Under the pieces are notes generated by a model. The model saw nothing but the letters and a program-made list of their open reading frames with translations, ran no database searches and had not been told where the DNA came from. Below are positions 8,628 to 17,400 of a stretch of 64,000 nucleotides of DNA, piece after piece (position 1 is the stretch's first letter; the number at the start of each line of letters is the position of its first letter). Where the stretch lies: the IMG/VR virus record IMGVR_UViG_2773857812_000003, positions 17,913-81,912 of that record. The stretch is one strand, 5' to 3'. The stretch is from a virus. Taxonomy: Duplodnaviria; Caudoviricetes. The position numbers and the translations under genes are program-made.

Positions 8628-9947
8628 TCACGCGGCGGTCTTGCGCTTGCGCGCGGGTTTTGGCTGGGGGTCGGGGTCGCTGGCCTGCGCGGCGGGGGTG
8701 CCGGGACTGGCGCTTGATCGATCACCGGAAATTTCGGTGAAGGACCGACCGTCGCTCTCCAGCATGGCCACACCGCCGGTGAGGTTCTGCCAGCGCTCGA
8801 TGGCGACATCGACGTAAGCAGGGTTCAACTCGATGCCGAGGCAGGTGCGGCCGGTGGTCTCGGCCGCGATCAGCGTGGTGCCGGATCCCATGAACGGCTC
8901 ATAGATGGCCTGACCGGGGCTGGAGTTGTTCAGGACGGGGCGGCGCATGCATTCGACCGGCTTTTGCGTGCCGTGCACGGTCTCGGCGTCCTGATCGCGG
9001 CTGGTGATGTGCCAGAGCGTGGTCTGCTTGCGGTCGCCGGCCCAATGGCCCTTGCCCTTGGCGCGAACGGCATACCAACAGGGCTCGTGCTGCCAGTGGT
9101 AATCGCCGCGGCTGAGGATCAGCCGGTCCTTGGCCCAGATGATCTGCGAGCGGATGTTGAAGCCGCTGGCGATCAGGCTGTCGGCGACCGTGGTCGCATG
9201 CAGGGCGCCATGCCAGACATAGGCGACGTCACCCGGAAACAGCGCCCATGCCTCGCGCCAGTCCGCGCGGTCGTCGTTGAGCACCTTGCCGGTGCGCTTC
9301 GTGGCGGATGCGCCGGCCTGGTTGCGCCAGGAGGGATCATATTCGACCCCATAGGGCGGATCGGTGACCATCAGAAGCGGCGTCACCCCGGCCAGCACCC
9401 GCTCGACATCGGTGGCGACGGTGCTGTCACCGCAAAGCAGGCGATGATGGCCCAGCATCCACAGATCGCCGGGGCGCGAGACCGGATCGGCGGGCGGCGC
9501 GGGGATGTCATCCTCGCCCTCGATGGCGCCGGCCGTCTCCGGTGCCTCGATTTCCGCGAGCAATTCGCCGAGTTCGTCATCCGAGAAGCCGACCAGATCG
9601 ATGTCGAACCCGTCCGCGCGGATCAGTTCGATCTGCTCGAGCAGGATCTCGGTGTCCCAGCCAGCGTTCAACGCGATCTTGTTGTCCGCGACAACCAGCG
9701 CCCGGCGCTGCGCTGCGTTCAGGTGCGCCAGCACGATCACCGGCACCTCGGAAAGCCCCAGCCGCTGTGCCGCCATCAGCCTCCCGTGGCCGGCGATGAT
9801 CACGCTGTCCTCGCCGATCAGGATCGGGTTGGTGAAGCCGAATTCCGTGATTGAGGCGGAGATCTGGGCGACCTGATCCTCCGAATGCGTGCGGGCATTG
9901 CGCGCATAGGGCACCAGCTGCCCGACCGGCATCATCTCGATCTGCAA
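8628..9947 (-). CDS. ParB-domain N6A/N4C DNA methyltransferase (DPPY type)
   Basis: IAGHGRL, TDPPY, HGTQKP, EPFMGSGTT. Probable TTG start at 9947 with GGAG RBS. Confidence 0.92.
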   Translation of the reverse strand: MQIEMMPVGQLVPYARNARTHSEDQVAQISASITEFGFTNPILIGEDSVIIAGHGRLMAAQRLGLSEVPVIVLAHLNAAQRRALVVADNKIALNAGWDTEILLEQIELIRADGFDIDLVGFSDDELGELLAEIEAPETAGAIEGEDDIPAPPADPVSRPGDLWMLGHHRLLCGDSTVATDVERVLAGVTPLLMVTDPPYGVEYDPSWRNQAGASATKRTGKVLNDDRADWREAWALFPGDVAYVWHGALHATTVADSLIASGFNIRSQIIWAKDRLILSRGDYHWQHEPCWYAVRAKGKGHWAGDRKQTTLWHITSRDQDAETVHGTQKPVECMRRPVLNNSSPGQAIYEPFMGSGTTLIAAETTGRTCLGIELNPAYVDVAIERWQNLTGGVAMLESDGRSFTEISGDRSSASPGTPAAQASDPDPQPKPARKRKTAA

Positions 9948-9959
9948 GGGGCGAACTCC

Positions 9960-9995
9960 AAAAGAAAAGACCCGCTGCGACAGGGCAGGCGGGTC
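9960..9995 (-). terminator. Intrinsic terminator just upstream of the late operon
   Basis: Minus strand GACCCGC...GCGGGTC followed by TTTTCTTTT. Confidence 0.65.
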
Positions 9996-10039
9996 CAAAG
10001 TGACGGACAGGCGAATGTCCGAGAGGTGGCGAAGGGGCC

Positions 10040-10166
10040 GGCAACCCTGGCAACCCAAAGTGGCAACCCGAGGGTGGAAACCCAGAAAAATCCTTTGACG
10101 CTAGAGGACTAGCGCGCTCATGCCCCCCGCATAGCGTTGCCGCTGCGGAGGAACCAAGGCCGGGGG
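10040..10166. other. Putative cos/packaging region of prophage 1
   Basis: Four GG(C/A)AACCC repeats (10040-10083) and a 70-bp block (10097-10166) aligning without gaps, 49/70, to 56566-56635. Confidence 0.55.
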
Positions 10167-10262
10167 TAGGCGGCCGCAGGGCGGCTTTCGCCCCGATCAT
10201 GGGATGAATATGGCCCGTATCGCCTGCTTTTGTCGCGCCCTAAGTTCAACCCTTTCGCGCCC

Positions 10263-10751
10263 TCACGGCGGCCCCTTCGCGGCCTCGCCGTCCCGCTTCG
10301 CGCCCCGCGCGTCCCCGCTGGTTTTGGCGCTGTGCGGGCGGCGGCTGGTTTTTCGCTGTTTGTTCAGGCGGTTGGCGATGGTGACCAGCGCAGCCGTCCA
10401 GCGTCGCCAGGCGGTGGAGCGCACGCAGCCCACGGCGCGGCAAATCTGCTTCCAGCGGTGGCCCTCGGCCCGCATCCAGACGATGCGGCGGTTGTCGATG
10501 ATGGCCTGCTCGCTGTCGCCGCCGATCAGCGCCAGCCATTCCAGCGCCTCCTCCATGCGCTGGATCTCGCGAGGATTGGGGATCACCCGCATCCGCGCTT
10601 CCTCGTAACCATAGGCATGCCTGGCCTCGTGGACGTAATCCGGCCAGGAGCGGCCATAGCCGCGCGCGCCGGAGCCGGGCGGGTTTGGCAGGCGTTTCAG
10701 GGTCAGCGCGGCTTCCTCGAAACGGTCCTCGATCTCGCGGGGGGTGATCAT
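10263..10751 (-). CDS. DUF6362-like protein, putative late-gene regulator (C-terminal HTH)
   Basis: MITPREIEDRFEEAA...RIVWMRAEGHRWKQICRAVGCVRSTAWRRW; last early gene before the putative cos. Confidence 0.75.
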   Translation of the reverse strand: MITPREIEDRFEEAALTLKRLPNPPGSGARGYGRSWPDYVHEARHAYGYEEARMRVIPNPREIQRMEEALEWLALIGGDSEQAIIDNRRIVWMRAEGHRWKQICRAVGCVRSTAWRRWTAALVTIANRLNKQRKTSRRPHSAKTSGDARGAKRDGEAAKGPP

Positions 10752-11623
10752 CGACGCTCCTTCCGGGCTGGAACGGGGACACCGCGCAGGGCCAGCCGCT
10801 CGGCGCTGGTCAGCCCGGCCTCCAGCAGGGCCCGCGCGACGCTGTTGCTGATGGCGCTGGGGGGCAGATAGCGATCCGCGTTCACCCAGTCGGCGTAGAA
10901 GTGCAGCTGCGGGTTGGCGCTGGTCTTCTCTGCGCCTTGCGGCCTCGCCGGCTGGCGCAGGCGCTGCCGATGGGCCGCCCGCACCGCGTCGGTGAAATAG
11001 CCCCATGTCCGGATCGGGCTGATGCGGATCGTCGGCGTGCGCGCCCGGATCACCGGCAGGATATCGGCCTCGAGGTCGATGCCCTCCTGCAGCCAGCCCG
11101 CGATCACCTCGGCGGTGCCGGTGATCGCGGCGCGCGATGCCGGGCAGAGACCGGGGCCGGCGACGCCCAGGCAGCGGGTCTGCGGGTCGAAGTTATCCAC
11201 AGCCGCATCTTCGGCTGGGGGCGTAGTAGTATCTTTATAAGGATGGTTCGGGTGAATCTGGTTCACGGGGTCATGTGAACCTGGTTCACGGGTTACCCGT
11301 GCATCAGATTCACGGGGTGAACGTGGTTCACGGGTTGAGGGCAGGTTATCCACAGCCTCGATCACGATGGAATATTCCACCGTGAAGCCGTGCTTGCAGT
11401 CGCGTTGGCCGGTCTCGGCGACCAGCCCGTCGCGGATCAGCTCCTGGATCGCCAGCTGCACGGCACGTCGCGATAGTTCGAGATCGCGGGCGATATTGGC
11501 CTTCGAGGTCCAGATGCCACTGCCGTCATCGGCGGCCTTGTCGGCCATGTAGATAAGCACCGATTTGCGCGTGGCCGAGCCGACGAGGCGGCGCTGCACC
11601 GAGGCCGAGATCAGATTACTCAT
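10748..11623 (-). CDS. Phage replication initiator (N-terminal wHTH) with internal origin
   Basis: RKSVLIYMAD...IARDLELSRRAVQLAIQEL HTH; iterons inside the gene; related to 62640-63605. Confidence 0.8.
   Translation of the reverse strand: MSNLISASVQRRLVGSATRKSVLIYMADKAADDGSGIWTSKANIARDLELSRRAVQLAIQELIRDGLVAETGQRDCKHGFTVEYSIVIEAVDNLPSTREPRSPRESDARVTREPGSHDPVNQIHPNHPYKDTTTPPAEDAAVDNFDPQTRCLGVAGPGLCPASRAAITGTAEVIAGWLQEGIDLEADILPVIRARTPTIRISPIRTWGYFTDAVRAAHRQRLRQPARPQGAEKTSANPQLHFYADWVNADRYLPPSAISNSVARALLEAGLTSAERLALRGVPVPARKERR
11192..11357. other. Putative replication origin: four iterons, AT-rich tract, two DnaA boxes
   Basis: GTGAAnnTGGTTCACGGG-type units at 11252, 11275, 11299, 11317; TTATCCACA at 11193 and 11346. 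Confidence 0.75.
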
Positions 11624-11826
11624 CGCCTGCCTCCCTCGAGGATTTCCTCGATGGCGCGGGTCTCGAAGGCGGTGGGCGCGATGAAGCGCAGCACCGCCTC
11701 CCAGTCCACGGCCGCAACCAGCGCCCAGATCAGCAGCCCGGCGAGAAGCACGAGCATGCCGAGCGCGAACGCGAAGACGATGGCCCATGCGACGGGGCGA
11801 CGCCGGTCATCACTGCCACCGCTCAT
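11620..11826 (-). CDS. Small membrane protein
   Basis: Hydrophobic AWAIVFAFALGMLVLLAGLLIWALV; ATGA overlaps on both sides. Confidence 0.7.
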   Translation of the reverse strand: MSGGSDDRRRPVAWAIVFAFALGMLVLLAGLLIWALVAAVDWEAVLRFIAPTAFETRAIEEILEGGRR

Positions 11827-12086
11827 CGTGCCGCCCTCCCGCGGCCGGCGGTCTTGCGGCTCTCCTGCTCCAGCAGCCAGTCGCGCACCGCCCCGCGCCG
11901 ATAGAGCACCTTGCGCCCGATGCGGATGCAGGGTGGGCCGATGCGGCGGCTCTCCCAGCGCTTCAGCGTATCGGCGCTGATGCCGATGATGCCGGCCAGT
12001 TCCTTGCGCGGCATCCAGTCATCCAGCAGCCCTTCATGGGCGATTGCGCCGGTCTCGGCGGTGATCATGGTCTGATCGGTCATCAT
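11823..12086 (-). CDS. AlpA/excisionase-like HTH protein
   Basis: ELAGIIGISADTLKRWESRRIGPPCIRIGRKVLYRR. Confidence 0.85.
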   Translation of the reverse strand: MMTDQTMITAETGAIAHEGLLDDWMPRKELAGIIGISADTLKRWESRRIGPPCIRIGRKVLYRRGAVRDWLLEQESRKTAGRGRAAR

Positions 12087-12145
12087 CCGGTCCTTTCCCC
12101 GTGGTTGTGGGGCAAGCGAGAGCACAGGCGGAGTACCGGCGGCGC

Positions 12146-12166
12146 GGCGCGGACCGGCGCCGGAAG
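12146..12166. repeat. 21-bp sequence identical to 14309-14329 (upstream of xis and of int)
   Basis: GGCGCGGACCGGCGCCGGAAG at both sites. Confidence 0.8.
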
Positions 12167-12378
12167 CGCCGGATGTGCGCCGGTCCCATGTTTCATGGGG
12201 TTTGCTGGCATTCCGTGGGGCAGGGGGGAACGTCGTCCGCACCGGCATGCCGGCCTCCAGGAGACGGGTCGGCGGTGGTGCGCCCAAGCGCCTAATCAAC
12301 CCATGCGTGCGGACCTGTCAGAGGCATCGGCCTGAAAGGCACGCCTTTCACAAAAGCCAACAATTCAGGAAATACACG

Positions 12379-12969
12379 ATGGCTCTGCCAAACCGCGTGA
12401 TCTACACGCTGCCCGAAGCCGCTGCCCGCTGGAGCTGCCATATTGCCGATATCGCCGAATGGGCCATATCCGGTCAGCTGGAGATCACCATCGCGATCCC
12501 GCCCACGCGTTTTGGGGCCGAGATCCTTTCGGACCTGGTGGTGATTGCGCCGGGCGATATTCTGGCGATGTTTCGCCGCTGCGGGACCGGCCCGCGCGAA
12601 GGGGTGATCCGCCGCGCCCGAATGCCGGGCGGCAGCGAATGGAAACACATCCCGCCGCCTGATGCCGGGCTGCGGGTCACCCGCGATGATCTGTTGATTC
12701 AGGCCGGCACGCTGGCGCGTTTCGAGGAGGAGCACGGGGTGTTTCGCCGGGTCAACTCCAACCCGACCAAGAGCTATGATTGGGAAGGCTTCTACGGCGC
12801 CCTGATCCTGCGCCTCTTCCAGCACGGCCTGCCCGAGAAACAGGGCGATCTCGTGGGCGAGATGCTGGACTGGTTCATTGCCAACAGCACGGATGGCGAT
12901 GCACCCGACGAAAGCACAGTCCGCAAGCGGGTCAGCCCGATCCTGCGGATGCTGCACGCGGAGGCGTGA
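12379..12969 (+). CDS. Integrase-adjacent protein with C-terminal HTH-like region, putative regulator
   Basis: AGGA RBS; YTLPEAAARW N-terminus and YDWE...PDESTVRKRV C-terminus; divergent from xis. Confidence 0.75.
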   Translation: MALPNRVIYTLPEAAARWSCHIADIAEWAISGQLEITIAIPPTRFGAEILSDLVVIAPGDILAMFRRCGTGPREGVIRRARMPGGSEWKHIPPPDAGLRVTRDDLLIQAGTLARFEEEHGVFRRVNSNPTKSYDWEGFYGALILRLFQHGLPEKQGDLVGEMLDWFIANSTDGDAPDESTVRKRVSPILRMLHAEA

Positions 12970-14227
12970 CCTCCTCGGCCGGGGGTGCGGAATGCACGAG
13001 CCTCGGCCGTATCCGCATCATGTCGGCCACTGCATCGACGCCGGCGCGCAAGGGCGAATCCATCAGATGCGCATAGCGCATGGTGGTGCTGGATTGCGAA
13101 TGGCCCAAGAGCTTGCCGATCATCTCCAGCGAGGCGCCGCCGCTGACCAAGAGCGAGGCGAAGGTGTGGCGCAGATCGTGAACCCGCACCCCGGGCAGCC
13201 CGGCCTGATCCTGAATGCCTTTCCAGAAGCGGCGAATCTCCTGCACCGGCTGGTCCTTGTCCGAGACATCGCCCGGAAACAACCAGTTGCAGCCGACCGG
13301 CACGGCGGAAAGCCGCGTGCGCACCAATGCCGCTGTCTCTGCCGAGATCGGCACGCGGTGAATGCGGCGCTGCTTGGTATTGGCGGCGGGCTTCACCCAT
13401 GTGTTGCGCTCCAGATCGAAATGCTCGAAACGCGCGGTCCGGACCTCGCCCAGCCGCGCCCCGGTCAGCATGCACATGCGGATGATGCTGGCGCCGCGCT
13501 GGTCCTCGGCCGCGCCCAGCGCCTCGCTGAGCCGCGCGATCTCCTCCATGTCGAGGAACCGCTCGCGCTCGGTCTCGACGCGGCGACGAAAGCCCACCGC
13601 CGGATTGTCGGAGCGCATCCGCCATGCAATGGCGAGATTGAAGACCCGGCGCAGCATCTCGCCCGCGCGGTTGGCGCGCACCGGCGTGGGTTTCGGCGGC
13701 TTCAGCGGGATGCGGCGCTTGGTTTTTGGTTTCTTCTTGGCCGGGCGGGAGCGCCCCTCGGCGATCAGGTTCAGCACCCGTTCGACATCCGCCGGCTCGA
13801 TCTCGGCCACCAGCCGGTGCTTCCAGTGCGGCATGATCAGCTTGTGCAGCATGGATGCCTGATCGGCGGCATTGCGCGGCGCCAGATGCGTGGCATGTTC
13901 GCGCAGGTAGCGCGCCACCAGATCGGGAAAACGCGGCGCCTCGCGGATCTCCTCGCGCTCGGCCAGCGGATCCAGCCCGCCATCGACATCGCGGCGCAGC
14001 GCCTTGGCGTGCTCGCGCGCGGCGGTGACGTTCCATTCCGGCCAGCGCCCGATGGTCAGCCGCCGCTGCCGCCCGGCCGTGCGGTAGTCGAACATGAAGC
14101 TGCGCCCGCCGGATGGATAGATGCAGATCGACAGCCCCAGCACATCGCTGTCGAAAATCTGCCATGCCTTCGACCGCGGCTCAGCCGCCCGGACCAGTTT
14201 TTCCGTCAGTCTTTCTCTGTTTCGCAA
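12932..14227 (-). CDS. int: Tyrosine integrase with N-terminal arm-binding domain
   Basis: TGARLGEV, HDLRHTFAS, LGHS...TMRY. Probable TTG start at 14227 (ORF extends to 14257). Confidence 0.95.
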   Translation of the reverse strand: MRNRERLTEKLVRAAEPRSKAWQIFDSDVLGLSICIYPSGGRSFMFDYRTAGRQRRLTIGRWPEWNVTAAREHAKALRRDVDGGLDPLAEREEIREAPRFPDLVARYLREHATHLAPRNAADQASMLHKLIMPHWKHRLVAEIEPADVERVLNLIAEGRSRPAKKKPKTKRRIPLKPPKPTPVRANRAGEMLRRVFNLAIAWRMRSDNPAVGFRRRVETERERFLDMEEIARLSEALGAAEDQRGASIIRMCMLTGARLGEVRTARFEHFDLERNTWVKPAANTKQRRIHRVPISAETAALVRTRLSAVPVGCNWLFPGDVSDKDQPVQEIRRFWKGIQDQAGLPGVRVHDLRHTFASLLVSGGASLEMIGKLLGHSQSSTTMRYAHLMDSPLRAGVDAVADMMRIRPRLVHSAPPAEEVTPPRAASAGSG

Positions 14228-14497
14228 TGCCCTGCACTCCGTTTTCCGCTCCGACACAGGCGTAGAAGCGCCGGCTTATCAACGAGATGATTCGCAGACC
14301 GGAAGACAGGCGCGGACCGGCGCCGGAAGGGCACAATCCGCGCCGGTCGGGTGGAAGGGGGGCATCGGGGGGCGGAGGACGGGAGGGAATCGGTCAGTTG
14401 CATATGGATTCAACCGCAACGGGCGGCTAGGTTCTGTTTCAGGCCCTCGAGCGCCTGATGATAAAAAGAAAACCTTGTTCCGGGACAGGCGGTACTG

Positions 14498-17400
14498 ATG
14501 CAGTTGCGTGATTTGTTGGATTCCTACCGCCAGGCTGCCCGGTCCGAGCGCGAGAAGGGCGATTACTTTGAGCGGGTCGTTCGCGTTTATCTGGAAAACG
14601 ACGATGCGCAAAAGCAATACTATTCCGCCGTTGTGCCTTTTGCCCAATGGGCGAAGGAACAGGGCTGGAGCAAGGCCGACACCGGCATCGACCTGGTGGC
14701 GACGCTGGCCGATGGCTCGGGTTATGCTGCGATCCAGTGCAAATTCTATGCGCCCAATCACACGATTCAGAAGCCCGATATCGACAGCTTCATCTCGGCC
14801 GCCTCCAATGATCTGTTTACGCGGCTGATCATTGCCGACACCACGCAGAAGGAATTCGGCAAGAACGCCAGCGGGACGCTCGACAAGCTGTCGAAAGACT
14901 GGAACCGCATCAGCATCAGCGAGCTGGAGGCCAGCCGCATCGACTGGTCGCAGTTCCTGCGCACCGGCACCGTCAGCCTCGCCCCGAAGAAACAGCTGCG
15001 TCCGCACCAGCGCGATGCCCTGAAGGCCGTGACCGAGGGGCTGGCGGAAGCCGATCGCGGCAAGCTGATCATGGCTTGCGGCACTGGCAAGACCTTCACC
15101 GGGCTGCGGATCGCCGAAGCCCTGGCGGGTCCGGGCAAGCGGGTGCTGTTCATGGTGCCATCATTGGCGCTGATGTCGCAGACCGTGCGCGAATGGAGCA
15201 ATGACCGCCAGCAGGAGTTCACCGCGTTTTCGGCCTGCTCCGATGTGAGGATCGGGCGCAATGCCGATGCCGACAGCCTCGATCTGAACGTCCATGATCT
15301 GGCCTTCCCGGCGACGACTGATCCGCAGAGGCTCGCGCAGCAGGTTGCCGCTGCGCCGCCCAACCGCATGACCGTGGTGTTCTCGACCTATCACTCGATC
15401 GACGTGCTGACCCGCGCACAGAAAAACCATGGCCTGCCGGAATTCGATCTGGTGATCTGCGACGAGGCGCATCGCACCACCGGCGTCACGCTGAAGGACG
15501 AAGACGACAGCACCTTCGTGCGCATCCACAGCAACGACCATGTGGCGGCGAAAAAGCGCCTCTACATGACCGCGACGCCGCGCATCTTCGGCGATGCCGC
15601 CCGGCGCAAGGCGGATGACCACGATGCCGAACTGGCCTCGATGGATGATGAGGACAAGTTCGGCAAGGATCTGTTCCATCGTGGCTTTGGCTGGGCGGTC
15701 GAGAACAACCTGCTGACCGATTACAAGGTCGTGGTGCTGGCGGTCGATGAGGGGCTGATCTCGACCACCATCCAGAACCGCCTCAAGGACGGGCCGGAAC
15801 TGACACTCGATGACGCGACCAAGATCATCGGCTGTTACAAGGCGCTGACCAAGGCCGACCTGGCCGAAGACTTGGCCTTCGATCCGCGCCCGATGCGTCG
15901 CGCACTGGCCTTCTGCCAGACCATCGCGAAATCGAAGATCATCGAGGACGAATTCACCAAGGTAGTCGATGAATATACCGGCAGCGAGTTGATCGACGAT
16001 GCCCGCCACCTGACGACCGAGGTGCGCCATATCGACGGCACCTTCAACGCCACCGCCCGCGATGAGATGCTGAACTGGCTCAAGGCCGATGCGGGCGAGG
16101 ACACCTGCCGGATCCTGACCAATGCCCGCGTACTGTCCGAGGGCGTGGACGTGCCCGCACTGGACGCGATCATGTTCATGCACCCGCGCAAAAGCCAGAT
16201 CGACGTGGTGCAATCGGTCGGCCGCGTCATGCGCCGGGCCGAGGGCAAGAAGATGGGCTATGTCATCCTGCCCGTCGCCATCCCGCCCGACACCACCCCC
16301 GAGGAGGCGCTGAAGGACAATGAGCGCTATCAGGTCGTCTGGCAGATCCTGAACGCCTTGCGCGCCCATGACGAACGCCTCGACGCCCGCATCAACCAGG
16401 CCAAGCTGGGCGAGGATATCAGCGACAAGGTCGAGCTGGTGCGCATCTCCTCCGAATCCGAGCTGCGCGAACTGACTGCCGTGGTCGATGACTTCGCCAC
16501 CAGCAAGACCCGCGCGGAAAAGACCGGTGCCAATATCGGTCAGGAAGGCCGCGACCCGACCATCACCGATCTCGGCCCCGAACAGGGCGCCTTCGTCTTT
16601 GACGAGTTCACCCGCGCCATCATGGCGAAGATTGTCGAGAAATGCGGCACCCGCGATTACTGGGACAGCTGGGCCAAGGACATCGCCAAAATCGCCCAGA
16701 CCCATATCACCCGCATCACCACCATCACCGCCAAGCCCGGCCCGGAACAGACCGCCTTCCGCGCCTTCCTGGATGAGCTGCACGACGACCTGAACCCCGA
16801 GATCACCGAGGCCGACGCGATCGAAATGCTGGCCCAGCACCTGATCACCAAGCCGGTCTTTGACGCGCTGTTCAAGGACAGCAAGTTCACCGAAGCTAAC
16901 CCCGTCTCCCGCGCGATGGAGACCGTGCTCTGCCAGCTGCACGAACACAACCTCGCCAAGGAGGCGGAAAGCCTCGACAAGTTCTATGCCAGCGTCGCTC
17001 GCCGGGCCGAGGGCATCAAGACCGCCCACGGCCGCCAGTCCCTGATCACCGAGCTTTACGACCGCTTTTTCCGCAACGCTTTCCCGCGCCTGACCCAGCG
17101 CCTCGGCATCGTCTATACCCCGGTCGAGGTGGTGGATTTCATTATCCACTCGGTCAATGACGTGTTGAAGGCGCAGTTCGGCCAGACACTGGGGTCCAAG
17201 GGCGTGCATATCCTCGACCCCTTCACCGGCACTGGCACCTTCATCACCCGACTGCTGCAATCGGGCCTGATCGCGCCCGATGAGCTTGAGCACAAATACA
17301 AGCACGAGATTCACGCCAATGAGATCGTGCTGCTGGCCTATTACATCGCCGCAGTGAATATCGAGACCGTCTATCACGAACTGGCGCAGGGCGGGCTGCA

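Noticed and set aside
10040-10083. Short repeats here, at 11252-11334, 56368-56560 and 63179-63260 as CRISPR arrays
   Set aside because: Units are too short, lack spacer-length unique sequences, and no cas genes are present.
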